Made by a program: the position numbers and the translations under genes
Notes under the pieces: model-generated
Databases searched by the model: none
What the model saw: the letters and a program-made list of their open reading frames with translations, nothing else
Told to the model about the DNA's origin: nothing
Part shown: in pieces, positions 9,624 through 19,366 of the stretch
How positions within the stretch are numbered: the stretch's first letter is position 1
Layout of the letters: each line of letters starts with the position of its first letter
Origin: Ignicoccus pacificus DSM 13166
Lineage (GTDB): Archaea; Thermoproteota; Thermoprotei_A; Sulfolobales; Ignicoccaceae
Assembly (NCBI GenBank): GCA_025340205.1
Contig: CP006868.1
Coordinates: 1,080,001 to 1,112,000 of the forward strand
Direction of reading: 5' to 3'
DNA length: 32,000 nt

Positions 9624-10367
9624 CTAACGTGAGCGAGCCCTCTCTAGGAGCTCCCTCTTGTCCATGCTTCTTAGTAACATCTCCAATGTCCTAGGTATGG
9701 GGAGGGATGTATTTTCGATATCCTCGATGAAATCCTCCACGTTCGTGCATCTCGTCTTTCCGTCCTCGAAATAGCAGACATCGTCGGCGTGCTCGAGTAT
9801 CATGTTTGGATCGTGAGTGCTGAAGATCAAGATCTTCCTATTTTTCTTGTACTCCTCCATGACTTCCTTGATAGCGTTCAAGGACCTTCGGTCTAAGTTG
9901 GCTGAGGGCTCGTCAAGGAGAAGGACCTCGGGCTCGTAAACTATGACAGATGCTAAAGCAACTAACCTCTTCTGACCAACGCTAAGCTTGTGGGGACTCT
10001 TGTGTAAGAACTCCTTTATCCCGAGCCTATCGCTAATGGAGAGTACCCTCTCCCTTACTTCCTTCTCGCCCAAGCCTAACGTCCTTAGAGCATAGGCTAT
10101 TTCGTCGAAGACCGTGGGGTTGAAGAGCTGCTCGTCTGGATCCTGGAAGAGCAAGCCAACCTCTTCCCTTCTGACGCTTCTTCCCTTGAAGGTTACCTTC
10201 CCCTTGTTCGGCTTTAGTAAGTTCGCCAGGATGAAGAGTAAGGTGCTTTTTCCGCATCCCGTTGGGCCTACCAAGGCCAAGGCTCTGGAAGGCAACGCTT
10301 CCCCGGAGACCCCCTTCAAGATCCAATCCTTACCATATTTGAACCATATGTCCTCAAACCTTAGCAA
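9624..10367 (-). CDS. cbiO: ECF-type cobalt/nickel transporter ATPase
   Basis: Walker A GPTGCGKST, signature LSVGQKRLVALASVI, Walker B VLLLDEPSANLD; adjacent to CbiQ/N/M-like genes. Confidence 0.88.
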   Translation of the reverse strand: MLRFEDIWFKYGKDWILKGVSGEALPSRALALVGPTGCGKSTLLFILANLLKPNKGKVTFKGRSVRREEVGLLFQDPDEQLFNPTVFDEIAYALRTLGLGEKEVRERVLSISDRLGIKEFLHKSPHKLSVGQKRLVALASVIVYEPEVLLLDEPSANLDRRSLNAIKEVMEEYKKNRKILIFSTHDPNMILEHADDVCYFEDGKTRCTNVEDFIEDIENTSLPIPRTLEMLLRSMDKRELLERARSR

Positions 10368-11079
10368 TTGTTAACACCCCCGTCGCTATTACGATTAGAG
10401 AAGGCATCACAGGTAGGAGAGAGGTCCAAGAGCGACTTTCCTTAACCTCCACTTCCCCGAAGGTTCTTGCCTTCACCGCCATGCTAACTCTCTCAGCCTT
10501 GTTATTGGCCTTGTTAAGCAACTCCCCCACGGAGCTAGCTAGGCCCCTCCACTCCTCCTTTAGCCCCATCTCCCTTAGCCTCCTAGCCTCCCTCGCTAAG
10601 ACCATCGAGATCAGCGATCTAGCGAAGGAAGACGCATGAATGAGCAAGAGGCCTAGAACCTCCGAGAACCCTTCGGGAAAGAGAACCTCCAGTGCCTTCG
10701 CCATTCTCCTCCATCCCACGCTTCTTATGGTCACCACGGAGAGGGCCGTTGATGCTAAGGTTCTTATTATAAACGCAAAAGCGCTCTCCCTTGCAGTAAA
10801 GAGCAAGGGTAAGGAGATTACTAAGCTCATCCCAGCTACTACGGCCAGAGGCTTGATGAACGCTTTGTCCCCATGGAGGTAGAGGAGAAGCGCTAAGACG
10901 GAAGAAGCGAGCAAGGCAACGAGAGCTGGAATCAGACTCGGGGATGTGGAGACGACGCCTATTGCTATCAATAAAGAAAAGAACGTTACCTTGGGATTGG
11001 CGTTCTTGAATATTCCTTCGCTCGCCAGAGCCTCCGAGGTCTCCGCTATCAGCTCGAAGACCTCCTTAAGCGCTCTCAT
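10354..11079 (-). CDS. cbiQ: ECF transporter T component, CbiQ-like
   Basis: Multi-TM protein with an EAREARRLREMGL/ARAxxxR-like coupling motif (VLAREARRLREMGLKEEW); gene order. Confidence 0.75.
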   Translation of the reverse strand: MRALKEVFELIAETSEALASEGIFKNANPKVTFFSLLIAIGVVSTSPSLIPALVALLASSVLALLLYLHGDKAFIKPLAVVAGMSLVISLPLLFTARESAFAFIIRTLASTALSVVTIRSVGWRRMAKALEVLFPEGFSEVLGLLLIHASSFARSLISMVLAREARRLREMGLKEEWRGLASSVGELLNKANNKAERVSMAVKARTFGEVEVKESRSWTSLLPVMPSLIVIATGVLTIAKV

Positions 11080-11383
11080 TTCCTACCATCCTCGATAGCA
11101 GAACTCCCAGTCCTAGGATGATGGCGACTCCGATGGCTCCAGCCACTATGTAGCCTATGGCCTCGGGGAGTCCGGGAACGGTGTAGTCGGCGAAGGGCGT
11201 CCAGTCTCCCAAGTTCACCTCGTGTAAGTGAAGCATGCTGGCAGCTACGTCCAGCGGCTCGTGGTAGCCCACGGCGTTTGCTAGTATGACGCCGAAGATA
11301 GGACTTACTACTAGGAGTACTGCTATGGTTATTAATGCCTTCTTGTACTTGGAGTACATCTCCGCCACGCTCATGGCTCTCAC
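11066..11383 (-). CDS. CbiN/PDGLE-domain-like small membrane protein of the Co/Ni transporter
   Basis: 105 aa with two TM segments, lying between cbiM and cbiQ. Confidence 0.65.
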   Translation of the reverse strand: MRAMSVAEMYSKYKKALITIAVLLVVSPIFGVILANAVGYHEPLDVAASMLHLHEVNLGDWTPFADYTVPGLPEAIGYIVAGAIGVAIILGLGVLLSRMVGNESA

Positions 11384-12015
11384 CTCAGGTGAACTACTAG
11401 GGGAGAGTTCCTCTCGTAAAGATAGTCAATGACTAAAGCGGTTATTATTCCCTCGATTATTCCCAAGAGGGCATGCCACCCTCCCATTACCGGAACGGTT
11501 GTCGCCACTCCATAGGGGAAGCTGGGGCTGAGGCCTATCTCCAGCCCGGCCATTATTCCAGCGACGGTTATTCCGGCCCATCCTGCCAAGAACGCTCCTA
11601 TGAGCCTGGCCTTTCTAGTGTTGCCCATGACCTTGGTAACTGCCTTGTATACCAAGTAGCCCACAACTCCGTCAACGATGGCCATGTTCAGTATGTTAGC
11701 TCCCAGGGTGGTAATTCCGCCATCGTGGAAGACGAGCGCTTGAACCGTTACCACGGTAGCCTCGGTGAAGAAGCCCAGCCAAGGTCCTAGGAGCAGGTAG
11801 GCTAAGGCACCTCCGACGAAGTGGAGGGATGTCCCTCCCGGTATGGGCCAGTTGAGCATCTGAGCCACGAAGATGGCGGCGGCCAATACTGACATAGCGG
11901 TGACCTTCTCTGGGGTAAGCTTTGCCTTCATCTTGGCGTAGAGCGCATAAGCGCCCGTCGCTAGGTAGGTCGCTACTATCCAAGGCAACGTCAGGAAGCC
12001 ATCGGGTACGTGCAC
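11380..12015 (-). CDS. cbiM: Co/Ni ECF transporter substrate-specific component CbiM (GTG start at 12015 preferred over the longer ORF to 12063)
   Basis: Canonical N-terminus VHVPDGFL begins at the internal GTG; membrane protein containing GGTSLHFVGGALAYLLLGPW. Confidence 0.85.
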   Translation of the reverse strand: MHVPDGFLTLPWIVATYLATGAYALYAKMKAKLTPEKVTAMSVLAAAIFVAQMLNWPIPGGTSLHFVGGALAYLLLGPWLGFFTEATVVTVQALVFHDGGITTLGANILNMAIVDGVVGYLVYKAVTKVMGNTRKARLIGAFLAGWAGITVAGIMAGLEIGLSPSFPYGVATTVPVMGGWHALLGIIEGIITALVIDYLYERNSPLVVHLR

Positions 12016-12133
12016 TCTCTCACCGTTAACGGTGCACAAGGGGAAGTTAATAAGAACTACCACGCGCTAAAGACAATCAATGTTCAGTGCAGAATTGCTA
12101 ACTGACAATAAGGTTTTTCTCTTAATAAGATCA

Positions 12134-12157
12134 GATAATACGAAGGAGAACTAAAAG
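12134..12157 (+). repeat. Orphan degenerate type I-D repeat (21/24 identity) in plus orientation
   Basis: GATAATACGAAGGAGAACTAAAAG versus consensus GATGATACGAAAGAGAACTGAAAG. Confidence 0.7.
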
Positions 12158-12601
12158 GAGGAGATAGGATAGTGTAGGAGTCCTCACGTTCTAAAGTAAT
12201 GGTATAACAAAAGAACGCAAAGATGCAAACTCTATTTACTTAGTCTTTGTATGAGAATAATCACAAATAGCCGTGATTAAGGATGAACAAGCACCATAGT
12301 AGAGGTAATTTGGAGATGCTTTGACTTAAAATTAGAATGCTCCAAAGTACACTCCTTATAATATCCGAAGTTCGGTTATGTTAAGAGAGGAAATGAGATA
12401 GATAGGAACGATCACATCTAATTTAAAGCTACAACAAACACGATGCGTAAAGTGATAAAGGTCATAATCTAATGTCTGCAATTATACTTAAATGAACCTT
12501 CTCTTTTGCGCAATTTCAGAAAGGTAGTCTTAGGAGGTAAGAGTATGAATGCATGAAGAGGACCTTTTCCTAGGAGACTCACATGGCTACGTCTAGGTGC
12601 A

Positions 12602-12625
12602 TTTCCAGTTCTCTTTTGTATAATC
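12602..12625 (-). repeat. Decayed distal repeat of array 2 (about 20/24), 41 nt from the next degenerate repeat
   Basis: TTTCCAGTTCTCTTTTGTATAATC versus CTTTCAGTTCTCTTTCGTATCATC, at the array's normal period (65 nt) from the copy at 12667. Confidence 0.65.
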
Positions 12626-12666
12626 ATCTCACCTAGGATCTCCTTGGCTCTCTCTCAAACCACTTG

Positions 12667-14500
12667 CTTTCAATTCTATTTTGTATAACCCCCGGGACAC
12701 CAGGAGGACAAGATGTCCACCGAGGTGGGCTTTCAGTTCTCTTTCGTATCATCTAAGTCGCCCAAGTCCTTTACCTTGAACCTCACTCCTCGCTCTTTCA
12801 ATTCTCTTTCGTATCATCATAGAGAAAGGAGCGGGCTCCCCATGACTTTACCATGCTTTCAGTTCTCTTTCGTATCATCGCAGCTGGATTCCGAAGTCTT
12901 GGGCGGCTCTGTAAGCTTCTTTCAGTTCTCTTTCGTATCATCAACGCTAGTGATTGCTAGTTGCTAAAGCAATTTGAGGAGCTTTCAGTTCTCTTTCGTA
13001 TCATCATTATTCATCATGTTACTAAATACGTTTGACATAGTGTTCCTTTCAGTTCTCTTTCGTATCATCGAACAACACCGTAGTTATAAGTACTTCAAGG
13101 AAGAAGCCACTTTCAATTCTCTTTCGTATCATCTTATGCGTTCACGGAACCAGATCTTGATTTTGACATACTTTCAGTTCTCTTTCGTATCATCCACTCC
13201 GCTTGTATCTGCTGAAGCAACTGAGGGGTAACTTTCAGTTCTCTTTCGTATCATCCATAAGCAAGGCTCAAGTGGTCGAAGCTGGAGAGCCTCTTTCAGT
13301 TCTCTTTCGTATCATCGTAGTACTCTCCTTCTTCCTCATCATGGCCAACACCAGCTTTCAGTTCTCTTTCGTATCATCTTTTTGGCTTTATTGAGTACCT
13401 TCGGAAGTAGCCTCTCTTTCAGTTCTCATTCGTATCATCCGGCTCTACGCTTGTAACGAATATGGGTGTAAAGCAACTTTCAGTTCTCTTTCGTATCATC
13501 GGGTGCGGGCAGGGTAGAAAGCGAACATCAGCAACTGAAACTTTCAGTTCTCTTTCGTATCATCACGAGGAGGTGCGAGGCTTGGGAGAGATAGAAATTC
13601 CCCTTTCAGTTCTCTTTCGTATCATCAACGGAGACGGAACCGTAGACGCCGCCCAGCTTACTCACTTTCAGTTCTCTTTCGTATCATCTATAACACAGAC
13701 TTCGGTTGCCCCCTTTTCGTTCCATGCTTTCAGTTCTCTTTCGTATCATCAACCGAGAACGATTATGAGGAAGGGGTTTCCCGTTGCTTTCAGTTCTCTT
13801 TCGTATCATCTTCTATCTCGTATTCTAGAACAGATAGTCTATCGTCATCTTTCAGTTCTCTTTCGTATCATCTTCCTGTCAATGACTTGGCAATGGCTTG
13901 GAAACGTAGGCTTTCAGTTCTCTTTCGTATCATCCATCATCTTAGTCATAGCTGTATATGGGTTTGATCGGCTTTCAGTTCTCTTTCGTATCATCAGAAT
14001 TTGATCGCAAGATATCATTATCATCCCCTCCTATCTTTCAGTTCTCTTTCGTATCATCAGCGAACTTCAGGAGGAGCCTATATTTCATAAGAGATTATTC
14101 TTTCAGTTCTCTTTCGTATCATCAGTTAGCTTCCTGACACCTCTTGTAAGGTTTTAGAAGACTTTCAGTTCTCTTTCGTATCATCAAGCCCTTAGGAGTG
14201 CTATCCGTGGTCGCGCTCATGCTATCTTTCAGTTCTCTTTCGTATCATCACGTATCACCTTAGTTATTTCCGATACGTTTTTAACTCTTTCAGTTCTCTT
14301 TCGTATCATCGATGTGGCTGAAGGCGGTGGGATGGGAGCATGAGTGCTTATTCTTTCAGTTCTCTTTCGTATCATCCTGCAAATCGGTAGCACGTAGCTG
14401 CTGTAGTTCATCACCTTTCAGTTCTCTTTCGTATCATCCCTATGATCCAGGGGCGCCTCCTTGCCTTCATCTTCCCCTTTCAGTTCTCTTTCGTATCATC
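12667..14500 (-). CRISPR. CRISPR array 2: 24-nt repeat (crRNA sense GATGATACGAAAGAGAACTGAAAG), 29 good repeats plus a degenerate distal one at 12667-12690; leader on the right
   Basis: CTTTCAGTTCTCTTTCGTATCATC repeats every roughly 59-66 nt from 12730 to 14500 with unique spacers. Minor variants: CAATT at 12795 and 13110, CTCATT at 13416. Confidence 0.98.
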
Positions 14501-14707
14501 TGTCTCTCTTCCAAGGGTTTCTCCCTTGTAATCCTTATAAAGAAGAGGTTACTGATCGGTGGGTTGATGTTAGAGGCTCCCCTACGATGAGGCTTCCTTG
14601 AATATTCCTAGACGAACAGCAATGGAATAGGAAAAGGAAAAGTAAGGTATGTGTCAAGTAACTTTGAGGTGAGGGATGGAGGTCCTTGAAGATTCGGGAA
14701 GGGACTA
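14501..14707 (-). promoter_or_regulatory. Leader of array 2 (207 bp), perfect inverted copy of the array 3 leader
   Basis: Reverse complement of 23641-23847 is identical base for base; abuts the first repeat. Confidence 0.93.
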
Positions 14708-15643
14708 TGGGTAGAAAACATATGCCTTAAAAGCCGTTCCTTTCTCTAAAGAGTTTCTAAGTTCCCAAGCCTTTCCATATATCCACCTTCGAACCGCATG
14801 TTTCTTATCTTCAAACAAAGCGTAGAAGGCTTGGGAAATCTTTTCCAGACTTTCCTTATCTAAGAAATCGTCTTCAAGACGCAACTTTGAGGTCCTCATA
14901 ACACTTGCCATGACGTAGATACCAGCAGGCTTGAACATTTCACTGAAATCGAACGTGAAGCTGACCTTTCCAGCTCTATCCTTATGAATGAGTCCCGCAT
15001 AGGGATCAAGTCCAGCACCTATTAGAGCATGAGTACAAAGACCGTAGATTAAGGCATATATGTAATCGAGGGCCCTATTCCCCGGATCCCTTGCCCTAGG
15101 TACCCTTCCCTCAAAGTTCGGAATGAAGGAACTTATGTCTTTCCAGAGCTTAGCGCTCCAGACGGCCTCTACCTTCCTAATGCAGTCTATGTTCTTACAA
15201 GAGGCTAGTTCTCCTCTCCCCTCGGATCTCCATTCGTCGCTCCATCTCGCCTCTCCCTTGGACTTATATGCCAAGTTTTTGGCAACTCGACTCATACCTT
15301 CAAGCTTACCATAGATGAACTCCTTCGCTATATGAACGCCCGTTTCATTGTCTCTCATAAGGTATTGCTTTCTCCTGGCTTCTGCCCACCCTATTTTTAT
15401 TGGATCTATCAACACGGCGTCCCAATCTTTTCCATGAATTAACAAAGGTACGCCTTGTTCGTTGACCAATTCTAGTACAGCCGTACTCATAACTACTCCT
15501 TTACCTACTATAACAATCATATCTAAGTCGATTATAGGAAAACTCTCGGTTACCTCCTTCTTATCCTTCTTAGTGCGAACGGTTAGCATGTATCCTTTTC
15601 TTCCCAAGTAAGCGTGTCCTCTCACAATTAGGATCAAAAGCAA
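14705..15643 (-). CDS. cas1: CRISPR-associated endonuclease Cas1
   Basis: Cas1 motifs including ARDPGNRALDYIYALIYGLCTHALIGAGLDPYAGLIHKDRAGKVSFTFDFSEMFKP. Confidence 0.95.
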   Translation of the reverse strand: MLLILIVRGHAYLGRKGYMLTVRTKKDKKEVTESFPIIDLDMIVIVGKGVVMSTAVLELVNEQGVPLLIHGKDWDAVLIDPIKIGWAEARRKQYLMRDNETGVHIAKEFIYGKLEGMSRVAKNLAYKSKGEARWSDEWRSEGRGELASCKNIDCIRKVEAVWSAKLWKDISSFIPNFEGRVPRARDPGNRALDYIYALIYGLCTHALIGAGLDPYAGLIHKDRAGKVSFTFDFSEMFKPAGIYVMASVMRTSKLRLEDDFLDKESLEKISQAFYALFEDKKHAVRRWIYGKAWELRNSLEKGTAFKAYVFYP

Positions 15644-15731
15644 TCCCCACTATTGTAAGCTAGTTGTCATACGAAGTAAATTTTAGAAAATAAAAGCATC
15701 CTCGACAACGCGAAATTGAGAGGTTGCTAGC
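15644..15731. promoter_or_regulatory. Divergent intergenic region between cas1 and csc3; putative bidirectional promoter
   Basis: 88-bp gap between divergent genes; the AT-rich segment 'aagtaaattttagaaaataaaagc' lies inside it. Confidence 0.5.
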
Positions 15732-18299
15732 GTGGAGGAGCTCTTAAGGGGCCTCGAGGAGGCACTTGGAGAGAGCCGCTTTAAGCTAGTAAAGGGAAAG
15801 AGGCGAATGGAAAGCTTACCTGACGTCGTGGTAACGGCGTTCCATCACTTCGGAGCGGTCGCCTTAGCCGCTGCGAAGCTATGCACAGTGCTCGAAGACT
15901 TGGGAATCCTCCCAGAGGGTTCTTGGGAGGAGTGCTTTTGGGCAGGGGCAGTTCATGATTATGAAAAAGTACTGGAAGCTGACGTGCTCGAGAGGATATC
16001 GGAGATCTCCAGCATTCCTAGGGAAAGACTCGATCTCTTGGCCTCCTGTACAGAGGCGGGGTATGCCGTTGACCGAAGGACCAGAGTGACGTGTTATGTC
16101 TTGATGCTTTCGGATTATTGGGCCTCTCAGAGGTCCTTGACCAGCTACTTACCCTCCGACAAAAGATATCTCACCGCCTTGAAGGCCCTAGAAAGGCAAG
16201 GTCTTAGGATCATTCCCGTATACTCCGGCATGCCTAGAGCGATAATGGCAGCGTCTTCTGAGGATCTAGTGAAGTTGTTCTCGGATAAGGGGTGGTTGGT
16301 GCTATTCTCTTATGCAGACGGACTGCTGCTGGTCGGAGACAAGAGCTCTGAAGACGTGAGCAGAGAAGAGATAGCCGAGATATTGCTAAAGGTCATGAAA
16401 ACTTCTCTTGAGGGAGGGGAGGCGCAGAAGCAAACCATGGAAAAGTCATTGAGTCCTTTTAAGAAATTAGCAACGCGCGTGGAGGAATTAGAAGGACTAA
16501 GTAAGGAGGAGCTCAGAAAGGAATTCCATAGCATAACAACTGGTAAGGGCGAAAAGAAGGATATAGTACCTATACTGGCGATAGCTTACGAGAAAGGCTA
16601 TGAGGACCTCGTTAACGAGATTAGGGAGTACGTACTTAAGAATAAAAAGAAGTTGCAAGTAAGAGCGCTCATAGGCAACCCTTACTATTTCGAAAACGTG
16701 ATTAAGCAAGGACTAGTCGAACAATTCTTAGAAGAAGTGAGGAACTCGGAGAGCCCTGTGAAGGAATCCTTACTAGCTATGGCCCTTACCTTCTACAGTA
16801 AGAATAAGATCTATAAAAACGTTGAGAAGTTGTTGGATAGTAGATTGAAGGAACTCCAAACCAAGAAGTACTACACGCCTTTAGTGTTTGCCGAAGTCCT
16901 TGGAATACTCCTCAAGAGACCTGAGCTCCTCGAAAAGAGCATTGAGGAGTTGGGGAAGGAGAGCAAAGAGGACACAGGTTTAAGGGCCTTTGCGAAGTAC
17001 TTGGCATGCAACGCCTTCTCCTCTCCCATACTGAAAGGGAAGTGTGATCTACCCAAAGAAGTAGGAAGATGCTATATATGCGGCGCTCCGATATACTCGA
17101 AGACCTTCACCTTCTCCAGCTACTTCACCTACGCCTTCGGTTCTAAGGGAGGTGTAGAAATATACACTCCTCGCCAGAAACCCTTTGTAAGCATAGATAG
17201 CGGCCAAAGATACGCGAAGGAAAGATACATCTGTCCAGCATGCGCCTTTGAGGGTACGTTGCTCAACTACAAGCTCAGCTCTCCCTTCGCTGCCTTTGCC
17301 GTTCATCCATCTACCTCGGTGGACCTTATGAAGTACATGATAAAGAAAATGAAGCCAGTAGTCAGATCCACGCTCTTCGACCTCTGCAGAGGTAGAGTTG
17401 AGGAAGAAGGAAAGGGAGAGGAACCCTTGATAGATTATGCTCACGCTTTAGCGTTGCTCAAGATAGAAGGCCTTAAAAAGGATGAGAAGGGTTTTGGAGC
17501 CCATGGAGCAGCCATAGCGAAGTTTCTAGCCATCGCTGGATTCGCCCTAGAAAGGTCTTCAGGAGGTCAAATGGCACTTACTTGGGAAATTCCTCTAAAC
17601 ATGTCCTCCGAGCCCGTCTCCGCCCCTCAGCTTCCAACGTGGCTCGTTCCGATAATAGATTTCTCACTAAGAGAAGGCGACTCCTTGGCCCCTCTGGTCC
17701 ACGTTCTCAAAGCTTGGGCGTACAAGGCATGCATGACAAAGGACAGCAACGAGCTTAGGGAGACCTTCCTAGCTCCAGCTCCCCATACTCTCCTCTTCCT
17801 CTTGACTCCTCCCAAATCGCTAAGGGAGGAGATGTATAAAGATAGAACTAATAAAACGTTTTTTAAGTTCTGGAAACATTATTCTTACATTTTAAAAGAA
17901 GTTTCAGAGGTGGAAAAGCTCTTGAGGGATGAGGATAGACTCCTTCCTAAGCTTTGGAGTTATGCCTACGCTCTAGCTCCAGCCTTCAAGGATAAGAACG
18001 TAAGTAAACATAAAGTTCAAGATCCCTTGAGAACGGCCCTTTACAGATTTGCCGACTACTTAGAGATGGGACTAAACGTCGAGGATGCCATTGAGTTGGC
18101 TTCTTCGGCAGCTCAAGAGGACGCGGAGAGAAGTTTAGGAAACGTGGAGATAAAGGAATCAGTAAAGGGGATTTTGAAGTTTGTTTATAATTACATAAAC
18201 TCAATGAATCCCTCAAAAAGAAGACAGTTTTTCGAGGACATTTTGGATACCGTTTACATTTTCACGAAGAAAGTCGTATTGGGAGGTGAGAAGAAATGA
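15732..18299 (+). CDS. cas10d: Type I-D large subunit Csc3/Cas10d with N-terminal HD-like nuclease region (855 aa, GTG start)
   Basis: N-terminal FHHFGAVALAAAK...AGAVHDYEK (HD-like), central zinc motif CYICGAP...CPACAFEG, C-terminal helical region, and immediately upstream of csc2/csc1. Confidence 0.88.
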   Translation: MEELLRGLEEALGESRFKLVKGKRRMESLPDVVVTAFHHFGAVALAAAKLCTVLEDLGILPEGSWEECFWAGAVHDYEKVLEADVLERISEISSIPRERLDLLASCTEAGYAVDRRTRVTCYVLMLSDYWASQRSLTSYLPSDKRYLTALKALERQGLRIIPVYSGMPRAIMAASSEDLVKLFSDKGWLVLFSYADGLLLVGDKSSEDVSREEIAEILLKVMKTSLEGGEAQKQTMEKSLSPFKKLATRVEELEGLSKEELRKEFHSITTGKGEKKDIVPILAIAYEKGYEDLVNEIREYVLKNKKKLQVRALIGNPYYFENVIKQGLVEQFLEEVRNSESPVKESLLAMALTFYSKNKIYKNVEKLLDSRLKELQTKKYYTPLVFAEVLGILLKRPELLEKSIEELGKESKEDTGLRAFAKYLACNAFSSPILKGKCDLPKEVGRCYICGAPIYSKTFTFSSYFTYAFGSKGGVEIYTPRQKPFVSIDSGQRYAKERYICPACAFEGTLLNYKLSSPFAAFAVHPSTSVDLMKYMIKKMKPVVRSTLFDLCRGRVEEEGKGEEPLIDYAHALALLKIEGLKKDEKGFGAHGAAIAKFLAIAGFALERSSGGQMALTWEIPLNMSSEPVSAPQLPTWLVPIIDFSLREGDSLAPLVHVLKAWAYKACMTKDSNELRETFLAPAPHTLLFLLTPPKSLREEMYKDRTNKTFFKFWKHYSYILKEVSEVEKLLRDEDRLLPKLWSYAYALAPAFKDKNVSKHKVQDPLRTALYRFADYLEMGLNVEDAIELASSAAQEDAERSLGNVEIKESVKGILKFVYNYINSMNPSKRRQFFEDILDTVYIFTKKVVLGGEKK

Positions 18300-19366
18300 G
18301 CGCGCAAGGGCTTCTGTCTAATATTCTAGATGTCAACTATAATGATATCAAAAAGTTCTTGGTTCCCAAGGAGAGGGTGGACCCAAGCTTAGCTCTTCCA
18401 AGGGGCAGAACGGTGAACGTTTGGGTGTTAATTGAAGCACAAAACGAGTTGCTGATAAGGCACGAAGGAGTAGACGACGTAACCGAGTTCGAGGTAAACG
18501 GAATAACCGTTCCCGGGATACTCAACACCAAGTTCCAAGCCGTTCAGAGAAGACAGATGCTGAGGACTCTCTACTCGTTTAAGGACCTTCACCCTGAAGA
18601 GCTCGATAAGCTTTACTCCTTAGCAAAGAAGTACAATGTGAGCAACGCCGAGAACCTAAAGGACTGGAAATGCTACCTGACGCCCGGAACCCCTAGCAAG
18701 AGCAAGCAGCAAGAGGAGATAATGAAAGGAGGCTACTGTACCATATGTCCTAATTGTATGATCTACGGCTACGTGGCGGGAGAGAGCGGAACGTATAACG
18801 TGAAGTCGAGAGTGGAAGGCGATGCTTACTTCGGCCTTTGTCCCAGCAAGCTCTGCGTCACCAGAAGAACGTTCAATGCAGTAGATGATGTTACTAAGAC
18901 TACATATATGGAAGGAGGTACCACGGGAGCCCTCTTCCAGCTCAGCTTGGTGGAGCCGGGAACGCTCTTCGTGGGAAAGGTGGCTCTCAGGGACATGAGT
19001 CCGGCTGAACTATTGTTGGTCCTCCATTCGATAGCTAAGGTAGATAGAATCGGAGGGAGAGTAACGCATTTCGGAAAGGTCAAGGTTCACGTACCAGCCA
19101 TTACCTTCGATTACTTTGAGAAGGGTTCAGGCTATGAGGTAGCGAAGGCCTTAGTGGGCGACAAGAAGGTTGATCTGGAAGAGGCTATAAATAAGGTAGT
19201 CGAGATGGCAAAGGGCGAAGTGAAGATAACGAAGAGAGATCTCGCAGACGAGCTTAGGAACATAGAAGAGGGAGATCTAATGGAGACGGTCAAGGAAGCG
19301 TGGAGAGATGCTATCACCTTCAAGGCCTCAATAGAAGCTCTTATATATGGAGGCAAGGGGAGATGA
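18296..19366 (+). CDS. csc2: Type I-D Csc2 (Cas7 family backbone)
   Basis: FGLCPSKLCVTRRTFNAVDD, GGTTGALFQLSLVEPGTLFVGKVALRDMSPAELLLVLHSIAKVDRIGGR; ATGA overlap with csc3. Confidence 0.9.
   Translation: MSAQGLLSNILDVNYNDIKKFLVPKERVDPSLALPRGRTVNVWVLIEAQNELLIRHEGVDDVTEFEVNGITVPGILNTKFQAVQRRQMLRTLYSFKDLHPEELDKLYSLAKKYNVSNAENLKDWKCYLTPGTPSKSKQQEEIMKGGYCTICPNCMIYGYVAGESGTYNVKSRVEGDAYFGLCPSKLCVTRRTFNAVDDVTKTTYMEGGTTGALFQLSLVEPGTLFVGKVALRDMSPAELLLVLHSIAKVDRIGGRVTHFGKVKVHVPAITFDYFEKGSGYEVAKALVGDKKVDLEEAINKVVEMAKGEVKITKRDLADELRNIEEGDLMETVKEAWRDAITFKASIEALIYGGKGR

Noticed and set aside
12492-12515. ATGAACCTTCTCTTTTGCGCAATT as another decayed array 2 repeat
   Set aside because: It has only the TTCTCTTT core and sits 110 nt from the next unit, off the ~62-nt period.
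12158-12600. tRNA, C/D-box sRNA or other ncRNA in the AT-rich gap left of array 2
   Set aside because: I could not find a cloverleaf or a convincing C/D box pair by eye, so there is insufficient evidence.
12713-14590. ORFs with repeated FQFSFVSS / LSVLFRII / FSSLSYH peptides (12713, 12974, 13203, 13462 and 14312 on +)
   Set aside because: These are translations of the 24-nt CRISPR repeat in three frames, not proteins.
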